DNA of 64,000 bases from Leptogorgia sarmentosa (taxonomy: Eukaryota): assembly GCA_964658305.1 (NCBI GenBank), contig OZ210884.1:8370001-8434000 (forward strand), read 5' to 3'. Position 1 is the first letter of the stretch; the number at the start of each line of letters is the position of its first letter. Made by a program: the position numbers and the translations under genes. Under the pieces are notes generated by a model that was given only the letters and a program-made list of their open reading frames with translations, ran no database searches and had not been told where the DNA came from. Of this stretch, positions 42,001 to 50,200 are shown one piece after another.

Positions 42001-44925
42001 ACCGCAACCTTTCCAGCCTAACCCCAGCCTTTTCCAGCCTAACTGCAGCCTTTTCCTGCCTAACCGCAACCTTTCCAGCCTAACCCCAGCCGTTTCCTGC
42101 CTAACCGCAACCTTTCCAGCCTAACCCCAGCCTTTTCGTGCCTAACCGCAACCTTTCCTGCCTAACCCCACCCTTTTCCTGCCTAACCGCAACCTTTCCA
42201 GCCTAACCCCAGCCTTTTCCTGCCTAACCGCAACCTTTCCAGCCTAACCCCAGCCTTTTCCAGCCTAACCGCAACCTTTCCAGCCTAACCATAGCCTTTT
42301 CCAGCCTAACCGCAACCTTTCCAGCCTAACCCCACCCTTTTCCTGCCTAACCGCAACCTTTCCAGCCTAACCCAAGCCTTTTCCAGCCTAACCGCAACCT
42401 TTCCAGCCTAACCCCACCCTTTTCCTGCCTAACCGCAATCTTTCCAGCCTAACCGAAGCCTTTTCCTGGCTAACCGCAACCTTTCCAGCCTAACCCCAGC
42501 CTTTTCCAGCCTAACCGCAACCTTTCCAGCCTAACCCCACCCTTTTCCAGCCTAACCGCAACCTTTCCAGCCTAACCCCAGCCTTTTCCTGCCTAACCGC
42601 AGCCTTTCCAGCCTAACCGCAACCTTTCCAGCCTAACCCCAGCCTTTCCAGCCTAACCCCAGCCTTTTCGTGCCTAACCGCAACCTTTCCTGCCTAACCC
42701 CACCCTTTTGCTGCCTAACCGCAACCTTTCCAGCCTAACCCCAGCCGTTTCCTGCCTAACCGCAACCTTTCCAGCCTAACCCCACCCTTTTCCAGCCTAA
42801 CCGCAACCTTTCCAGCCTAACCCCACCCTTTTCCAGCCTAACCGCAACCTTTCCAGCCTAACCCCAGCCTTTTCCAGCCTAACCCCACCCTTTTCCTGCC
42901 TAACCGCAACCTTTCCAGCCTAACCCCACCCTTTTCGTGCCTAACCGCAACCTTTCCAGCCTAACCCAAGCCTTTTCCAGCCTAACCGCAACCTTTCCAG
43001 CCTAACCCCACCCTTTTCCAGCCTAACCGCAACCTTTCCAGCCTAACCCCAGCCTTTTCCAGCCTAACCCCACCCTTTTCCTGCCTAACCGCAACCTTTC
43101 CAGCCTAACCCCAGCCTTTTCCAGCCTAACCGCAACCTTTCCAGCCTAACCTCACCCTTTTCCTGCCTAACCGCAACCTTTCCAGCCTAACCCCAGCCTT
43201 TTCCAGCCTAACCGCAACCTTTCCAGCCTAACCCCACCCTTTTCCTGCCTAACCGCAACCTTTCCAGCCTAACCCCAGCCTTTTCGTGCCTAACCGCAAC
43301 CTTTCCTGCCTAACCCCAGCCTTTTCCTGCCTAATGGCAACCTTACCAGCCTAACCCCAGCCTTTTCCTGCCTAACCGCAACCTTTCCAGCCTAACCCCA
43401 GCCTTTTCCAGCCTAACCGCAACCTTTCCAGCCTAACCCCACCCTTTTCCAGCCTAACCGCAACCTTTCCAGCCTAACCCCAGCCTTTTCCAGCCTAACC
43501 GCAGCCTTTTCCTGCCTAACCGCAACCTTTCCAGCCTAACCCCAGCCGTTTCCTGCCTAACCGCAACCTTTCCAGCCTAACCCCAGCCTTTTCGTGCCTA
43601 ACCGCAACCTTTCCTGCCTAACCCCAGCCTTTTCCTGCCTAACCGCAACCTTACCAGCCTAACCCCAGCCTTTTCCTGCCTAACCGCAACCTTTCCAGCC
43701 TAACCCCAGCCTTTTCCAGCCTAACCGCAGCCTTTTCCTGCCTAACCGCAACCTTTCCAGCCTAACCCCAGCCGTTTCCTGCCTAACCGCAACCTTTCCA
43801 GCCTAACCCCAGCCTTTTCGTGCCTAACCGCAACCTTTCCTGCCTAACCCCACCCTTTTCCTGCCTAACCGCAACCTTTCCAGCCTAACCCCAGCCTTTT
43901 CCTGCCTAACCGCAACCTTTCCAGCCTAACCCCAGCCTTTTCCAGCCTAACCGCAACCTTTCCAGCCTAACCCCAGCCTTTTCCAGCCTAACCGCAACCT
44001 TTCCAGCCTAACCCCACCCTTTTTCTGCCTAACCGCAACCTTTCCAGCCTAACCCAAGCCTTTTCCAGCCTAACCGCAACCTTTCCAGCCTAACCCCACC
44101 CTTTTCCTGCCTAACCGCAATCTTTCCAGCCTAACCGAAGCCTTTTCCTGGCTAACCGCAACCTTTCCAGCCTAACCCCAGCCTTTTCCAGCCTAACCGC
44201 AACCTTTCCAGCCTAACCCCACCCTTTTCCAGCCTAACCGCAACCTTTCCAGCCTAACCCCAGCCTTTTCCTGCCTAACCGCAGCCTTTCCAGCCTAACC
44301 GCAACCTTTCCAGCCTAACCCCAGCCTTTCCAGCCTAACCCCAGCCTTTTCGTGCCTAACCGCAACCTTTCCTGCCTAACCCCACCCTTTTGCTGCCTAA
44401 CCGCAACCTTTCCAGCCTAACCCCAGCCGTTTCCTGCCTAACCGCAACCTTTCCAGCCTAACCGCAACCTTTCCAGCCTAACCGCAACCTTTCCAGCCTA
44501 ATCGCAACCTTTCCAGCCTAACCGCGGCCTTTTCCAACCTAACCGCAACCTTTCCAGCCTAACCCCGGCCTTTTCCAACCTAACCGCAACCTTTCCAGCC
44601 TAACCGCAGCCTTTCCAGCCTAACCGCAACTTTCCAGCGTAACCGCAACCTTTCCAGCTTAACCGCAACCTTTTCCAGCCTAACCCCAGCCTTTCCCAGC
44701 CTAACCGCAACCTTTTCCAGCCTAACCCCAAGCTTTTCCAGCTTAACCGCAACCTTTTCCAGCCTAACCGTAACCTTTTCCAGCCTAACCCCAACCTTTT
44801 CCAGCCTAACCGCAACCTTTTCCAGCCTAACCGCAACTTTTCCAGCCTAACCTCAACCTTTCCAGCCTAACCCCTGCCTTTTCCAGCCTAACCGCAACTT
44901 TTCCAGCCTAACCGCAACCTTTTTT
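1..44925. repeat. Telomere-like satellite array A: alternating 20/21-bp monomers (41-bp dimer), roughly 1,090 dimers; runs off the left edge of the window
   Basis: Continuous CCTAACCGCAACCTTTCCAG + CCTAACCCCA(G/C)CCTTTTCC(A/T)G with sporadic substitutions and indels. All monomers are in one orientation. The consensus dimer has 19 C and 4 G in 41 nt. Copy number is length divided by 41. Confidence 0.98.
8469..8491. repeat. Short canonical telomeric tract CCTAA(CCCTAA)3, i.e. TTAGGG-type on the - strand, inside a satellite monomer
   Basis: Reads ...ccag cctaa ccctaa ccctaa ccctaa caccagcgtttt. The same variant monomer without the extra 18 bp is at ~7392. Confidence 0.9.
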
Positions 44926-45069
44926 CCGGCTGTGTGCATCGCTTGCAATAGTTGAAAAGCATCCGTGTGCCTCAATCCTTCTAGATACAAAATATGCCAG
45001 CGATTGGAAAGCATGAAACCGTCGATCACAAGTGCCTAAGTTTGTTAAATTTAACAACCTGGCCGCCAT
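44919..45069 (-). pseudogene. Possible truncated first coding exon of an unidentified divergent gene (MAARLLNLTNLGTCDRRFHAFQSLAYFVSRRIEAHGCFSTIASDAHSRKK), resembling a mitochondrial presequence
   Basis: The ATG is in strong context (aaaATGGCGGCC) and points away from MFAP1 across a CCAAT/E2F-like promoter. It is open for 50 codons up to the satellite junction and is rich in R/L/S/A with only 3 acidic residues. No recognisable homology. Confidence 0.35.
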
Positions 45070-45346
45070 TTTCAATTTCAACTCGACACCAGGCCATTGT
45101 CTTCCCGCTTTCAGGGCTGAGAATTCAACCAATCACAAGGTAGGCGGGAAACATACTGATGTGATTTCGCTCCATTTTTTAATAGAGAGCTGTCAGTGTA
45201 ACTGGGACCCAGTCCTCTGAATGATAAAACAGCTCGGCCAAGAAGACGCCATCTTGAATATACTGTAAAATAGATTAAAAAGATTTTCTTTTCTTTTAAA
45301 GTTTTTGAAACTAGACTGATGTAAAGGTACATTAAACAATCGCATC
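45062..45346. promoter_or_regulatory. Probable TATA-less, likely bidirectional, housekeeping promoter / 5' region of MFAP1
   Basis: CCAAT at 45129-45133; inverted E2F-like sites TTCCCGC (45102-45108) and GGCGGGAAA (45143-45151); YY1-like GCCGCCATTTT (45062-45072) and CGCCATCTTG (45247-45256). It lies directly upstream of the MFAP1 ATG. Confidence 0.6.
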
Positions 45347-45770
45347 ATGTCTGCTGCATCGAAATTCCCAATACAGTCAACGGCAGGAGCCGTGCCGGTT
45401 AAAAATGAGAAAGGTATTAAAGTAGAAACTAGAAATTATGTTTTATCACTATGAGTTCATTTTTTATTTTGAACGTGTGTATTTTGTCTGGAATTAAACT
45501 GATCGTTGTTGTTTGTGGTTGTTTTAAGGTGAATTGTCAATGCAGAAATTCAAAGTTACTACAAACTTCCTGCCACCATTATTTTACCTTTTTAAATTGT
45601 GCCCTTCTTTATATGAAGGCCCGTGTAAGTTGAAATGCTAATCAAGCCTGCTCTTTGCTAGGCCTGGGTATGCTCAATCATCCAGTGATGAAGATGATGA
45701 AGAAGAAAATGAATTTGTGCAAGAGCAGCGTGAACCTGTGGATATTCTCATGGACAGACGGTTGAAAGAG
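45347..45770 (+). pseudogene. MFAP1: MFAP1 (microfibrillar-associated protein 1, spliceosomal B-complex factor) 5' fragment; unprocessed pseudogene, copy 1
   Basis: Exon 1, 45347-45413: [22 protein letters not shown](G), donor AAAG|GTATTA. Intron 45414-45528 ends ttttaAG. Exon 2, 45529-~45560: GELSMQKFKVT. Acceptor ctttgctAG ends at 45661. Exon 3, 45662-45770: PGYAQSSSDEDDEEENEFVQEQREPVDILMDRRLKE, donor GAG|GTGAGT. This matches the MFAP1 N-terminus as I recall it ([37 protein letters not shown]...SSDEEDEE...DPRLRR). The RYVSGK segment and the exon-2 donor are missing, and no downstream exons are present. Confidence 0.9.
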
Positions 45771-45810
45771 GTGAGTGTTTTATACATCTTCCTTCATCAC
45801 TATCTCATTT

Positions 45811-45822
45811 CCCTAACCCTAA
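45811..45822. repeat. (CCCTAA)2 canonical telomeric repeats at the MFAP1 intron / satellite junction
   Basis: ...ctcattt ccctaa ccctaa ccacttttccagcc... Confidence 0.8.
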
Positions 45823-46393
45823 CCACTTTTCCAGCCTAACCGCAACTTTTCCAGCCTAACCCCAACCTTTTCCAGCCAAACCCCAACCTTTTCCAGCCTA
45901 ACCCCAACCTTTTCCAGCCTAACCCCAACCTTTTCCAGCCTAACCACAACCTTTTCCAGCTTAACCGCAACCTTTTCCAGCCTAACCGCAACCTTTTCCA
46001 GCCTAACGCCAACCTTTTCCAGCCTAACCCCAACCTTTTCCAGCCTAACCCCAACCTTTTCCAGCCTAACCCCAACCTTTTCCAGCCTAACCCCACCCTT
46101 TTCCAGCCTAACCCCAACCTTTTCCAGCCTAACCCCAACCTTTTCCAGGCTAACCCCACCCTTTTCCAGCCTAACCCCAACCTTTTCCAGCATAGACCCA
46201 ACCTTTTCCAGCATAGCCCCAACCTTTTCCAGCATAGCCCCAATCTTTTCCAGCATAGCCCCAACCTTTTCCAGCCTAACCCCAACCTTTTCCAGCCTAA
46301 CCCCAACCTTTTCCAGCCTACACCCAACCTTTTCCAGCCTACACCTAACCTTTTCCAGCCTAGCCCCAAGCTTTTCCAGCCAGCCTTTTCCTG
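45823..46393. repeat. Satellite array B: ~27 copies, nearly all the 21-mer CCTAACCCCAACCTTTTCCAG, with no 20/21 alternation
   Basis: A constant 21-bp period keeps reading frames open for more than 170 codons. There are local variant runs such as cagcatagcccc and cctacacc. Confidence 0.95.
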
Positions 46394-46439
46394 CCAGACT
46401 CGCTCTGTGCGGATGGTAGGGCACTTGACGAATCCTTTT

Positions 46440-46872
46440 GTTTTTTTTTCTTCTTCCTTGACTATTCTTGCTTTTTGACCCTTCTATAATGTTGGGATGT
46501 TGAAAAAAGCGATGAAAATAAATTTTGACGTCCGCGCATGCGCAATGGAGACTACGGACCTTGACGAAATTATTCTCGGTTTTTTCACTCAAAAATATTT
46601 TTTTTGTTTCTTCCTTGACTATTGTTGCTTTTTAATACTTTCACAATGTCTGGGATGCTGAAAAAAACGAAGAAAAACTGGTGAAAATAAATTTTGAAGT
46701 ACGCGCATGCGCAATGCGCTTTACGAAATTAGTTTCGGTTTTTTTCACTCAAAACTTTTTTTTCCGTTTCTTCCTTGACAATTGTTACTTTTAACACTTT
46801 CACAATGTCTGGGATGTTGAAAAAACGAAGAAAAAACGAAGAAAACAAATTTTGACGCACGCGCATGCGCAG
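46440..46872. repeat. Three diverged AT-rich sub-repeats of ~157-160 bp
   Basis: The anchor ttcttccttgac is at 46451, 46608 and 46768. Each is followed by aatgt(c/t)-gggatg(t/c)tgaaaaaa...aaattttga...cgcgcatgcgca. A fourth, partial copy lies at ~47195-47249. Confidence 0.9.
46533..46871. promoter_or_regulatory. Three NRF1-consensus palindromes CGCGCATGCGCA
   Basis: GCGCATGCGC at 46534-46543, 46703-46712 and 46861-46870, each flanked by C and A, fitting YGCGCAYGCGCR. Function is not demonstrated. Confidence 0.45.
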
Positions 46873-47251
46873 TGAAATTCACCAAACGAGTCCCACAACA
46901 ACCACGCCACAAGAGTGCAACGTAGTTAAATACAAATCCGGAATATAGCTTATTGGTTATCATGCTACGACATTGCCTTTCGCCAAAGGACAAGGTGCTT
47001 ATCACATATGGTCTAGGGGCCGATCTGCATCTCCCTGCTCTCTGAGTGTCCTGAATGTCAAAGTAATAGCTTGTTACCAGTCAAGACATAGCGGGCATCC
47101 CCGATGCGTTCCGGTTGCCTTAGTAAGTCCCTACTGGCGATCTACCAGACTCGTTCTGTGCGGATGGTAGGGCACTTGACGAATTCTTTTCGGTTTTTTC
47201 CTTGACTATTCTTGCTTTTTAACACTTTCGCAATGTCTGGGATGTTGAAGT

Positions 47252-50200
47252 CAACCTTTTCCTGCCTAACCGCAACCTTTCCAGCCTAACCCCAGCCTTT
47301 TCCAGCCTAACCCCAGCCTTTTCCAGCCTAACCGCAACCTTTCCAGCCTAACCGCAACCTTTCCAGCCTAACCGCAACCTTTCCAGCCTAACCTAACCCC
47401 AGCCTAACCCCAGCCTTTTCCTGCCTAACCCCAGCCTTTTCCAGCTAACCCCAGCCTTTTCCAGCCTAACCGCAACCTTTCCAGCCTAACCCCAGCCTTT
47501 TCCTGCCTAACCGCAACCTTTCCAGCCTAACCCCAGCCTTTTACTGCCTAACCACAACCTTTCAAGCCTAACCCCAGCCTTTTCCAGCCTAACCGCAACC
47601 TTTCCAGCCTAACCCCAGCCTTTTCCTGCCTAACCGCAACCTTTCCAGCCTAACCCCAGAATTTTCCAGCCTAACCGCAACCTTTCCAGCCTAACCACAG
47701 CCTTTTCCTGCCTAACCGCAACCTTTCCAGCCTAACCCCAGCCTTTTCGTGCCTAACCGCAACCTTTCCAGCCTAACCCCTGCCTTTTCCTGCCTAACCG
47801 CAACCTTTCCAGCCTAACCGCAGCCTTTTCCTGCCTAACCGCAACCTTTCCAGCCTAACCCCAGCCTTTTCGTGCCTAACCGCAACCTTTCCAGCCTAAC
47901 CCCAGCCTTTTCCTGCCTAACCGCAACCTTTCCAGCCTAACCCCACCCTTTTCCAGCCTAACCGCAACCTTTCCAGCCTAACCCCAGCCTTTTCCAGCCT
48001 AACCGCAGCCTTTTCCTGCCTAACCGCAACCTTTCCAGCCTAACCCCAGCCGTTTCCAGCCTAACCCCACCCTTTTCCTGCCTAAGCGCAACCTTTCCAG
48101 CCTAACCCCAGCCTTTTCCAGCCTAACCGCAACCTTTCCAGCCTAACCCCACCCTTTTCCTGCCTAACGGCAACCTTTCCAGCCTAACCCCAGCCTTTTC
48201 GTGCCTAACCGCAACCTTTCCTGCCTAACCCCAGCCTTTTCCTGCCTAACCGCAACCTTACCAGCCTAACCCCAGCCTTTTCCTGCCTAACCGCAACCTT
48301 TCCAGCCTAACCCCAGCCTTTTCCAGCCTAACCGCAACCTTTCCAGCCTAACCCCACCCTTTTCCAGCCTAACCGCAACCTTTCCAGCCTAACCCCAGCC
48401 TTTTCCAGCCTAACCGCAGCCTTTTCCTGCCTAACCGCAACCTTTCCAGCCTAACCCCAGCCGTTTCCTGCCTAACCGCAACCTTTCCAGCCTAACCCCA
48501 GCCTTTTCGTGCCAAACCGCAACCTTTCCTGCCTAACCCCACCCTTTTTCTGCCTAACCGCAACCTTTCCAGCCTAACCCCAGCCTTTTCCTGCCTAACC
48601 GCAACCTTTCCAGCCTAACCCCAGCCTTTTCCAGCCTAACCGCAGCCTTTTCCTGCCTAACCGCAACCTTTCCAGGCTAACCCCAGCCGTTTCCTGCCTA
48701 ACCGCAACCTTTCCAGCCTAACCCCAGCCTTTTCGTGCCTAACCGCAACCTTTCCTGCCTAACCGCACCCTTTTCCTGCCTAACCGCAACCTTTCCAGCC
48801 TAACCCCAGCCTTTTCCTGCCTAACCGCAACCTTTCCAGCCTAACCCCAGCCTTTTCCAGCCTAACCGCAACCTTTCCAGCCTAACCCCAGCCTTTTCCA
48901 GCCTAACCGCAACCTTTCCAGCCTAACCCCACCCTTTTCCTGCCTAACCGCAACCTTTCCAGCCTAACCCAAGCCTTTTCCAGCCTAACCGCAACCTTTC
49001 CAGCCTAACCCCACCCTTTTCCTGCCTAACCGCAATCTTTCCAGCCTAACCGAAGCCTTTTCCTGGCTAACCGCAACCTTTCCAGCCTAACCCCAGCCTT
49101 TTCCAGCCTAACCGCAACCTTTCCAGCCTAACCCCAGCCTTTTCCAGCCTAACCGCAACCTTTCCAGCCTAACCCCACCCTTTTCCAGCCTAACCGCAAC
49201 CTTTCCAGCCTAACCCCAGCCTTTTCCTGCCTAACCGCAACCTTTCCAGCCTAACCCAAGCCTTTTCCAGCCTAACCGCAACCTTTCCAGCCTAACCCCA
49301 TCCTTTTCCAGCCTAACCGCAACCTTTCCAGCCTAACCCCATCCTTTTCCTGCCTAACCGCAGCCTTTCCAGCCTAACCGCAACCTTTCCAGCCTAACCC
49401 CAGCCTTTCCAGCCTAACCCCAGCCTTTTCGTGTCTAACCGCAACCTTTCCTGCCTAACCCCACCCTTTTGCTGCCTAACCGCAACCTTTCCAGCCTAAC
49501 CCCAGCCGTTTCCTGCCTAACCGCAACCTTTCCAGCCTAACCCCACCCTTTTCCAGCCTAACCGCAACCTTTCCAGCCTAACCCCAGCCTTTTCCAGCCT
49601 AACCGCAGCCTTTTCCTGCCTAACCGCAACCTTTCCAGCCTAACCCCAGCCGTTTCCTGCCTAACCGCAACCTTTCCAGCCTAACCCCAGCCTTTTCGTG
49701 CCTAACCGCAACCTTTCCTGCCTAACCCCACTCTTTTCCTGCCTAACCGCAACCTTTCCAGCCTAACCCCAGCCTTTTCCAGCCTAACCCCAGCCTTTTC
49801 CAGCCTAACCGCAACCTTTCCAGCCTAACCGCAACCTTTCCAGCCTAACCGCAACCTTTCCAGCCTAACCTAACCCCAGCCTAACCCCAGCCTTTTCCTG
49901 CCTAACCCCAGCCTTTTCCAGCTAACCCCAGCCTTTTCCAGCCTAACCGCAACCTTTCCAGCCTAACCCCAGCCTTTTCCAGCCTAACCGCAACCTTTCC
50001 AGCCTAACCCCAGCCTTTTCCAGCCTAACCGCAACCTTTCCAGCCTAACCCCACCCTTTTCCTGCCTAACCGCAACCTTTCCAGCCTAACCCCAGCCTTT
50101 TCGTGCCTAACCGCAACCTTTCCTGCCTAACCCCACCCTTTTCCTGCCTAACCGCTACCTTTCCAGCCTAACCCCAGCCTTTTCCTGCGTAACCGCAACC

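Larger units (their letters stand above)
42931..46126. repeat. Segmental duplication, copy 1 (partner 60805-64000, offset 17,874 bp)
   Basis: Private variants ctcaccc (43151/61025) and ctaatggcaa (43331/61205), the whole unique cassette and the matching ORF-track translations recur at +17,874. One substitution was noticed near 60898 (ccagccaaa versus ccagcctaa). Confidence 0.95.
46394..47249. repeat. Fragment (~1.14 units) of an unidentified ~751-bp repeat, or an element with ~105-bp terminal direct repeats
   Basis: ccagactcg(c/t)tctgtgcggatggtagggcacttgacgaat starts at both 46394 and 47145. The similarity continues through ttccttgactattcttgcttttt...gggatgttgaa. Confidence 0.85.

Noticed and set aside
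44600..44836. LGWKRLR ORFs here, at 62474-62710 and at 63710-63991
   Set aside because: Translations of satellite DNA.
1..44925. CRISPR array
   Set aside because: No unique spacers and no cas genes; the context is eukaryotic, with spliceosomal introns.
1..44925. Nematode (TTAGGC) or arthropod (TTAGG) telomere proper
   Set aside because: GCCTAA occurs once per monomer and not in tandem, and CCTAA is at most doubled. The only tandem hexamers are CCCTAA.
45032..45633. Short ORFs of 60-73 aa (45032-45220, 45111-45332, 45451-45633) and their duplicates
   Set aside because: They overlap the promoter, introns or the wrong frame of MFAP1 and have no recognisable protein features.
45625..45661. GTAAGT at 45625 as a rescue donor for MFAP1 exon 2
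   Set aside because: It would give a 37-nt intron and put exon 3 out of frame.
45819..46592. 257-aa ORF with VGVRLEK heptads and the overlapping 177-aa LGWKRLG ORF
   Set aside because: These are by-products of a 21-bp period. The long ORF starts at TTG inside another repeat, two frames are open at once, and there is no gene context.
46745..47170. ORFs 46745-47005 and 46973-47170
   Set aside because: Short, inside a repeat unit, with no recognisable domain.
46394..47249. Hammerhead retrozyme, tRNA, 5S, U5 or 7SK gene
   Set aside because: I found no CTGANGA...GAAA core on either strand and no cloverleaf or A/B boxes. The GATC and gccttt resemblances are too short or lie on inconsistent strands.
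44926..47251. Autonomous transposon or telomeric retroelement
   Set aside because: No reverse transcriptase, transposase or helicase coding sequence, and no terminal inverted repeats, poly(A) tail or target-site duplication.
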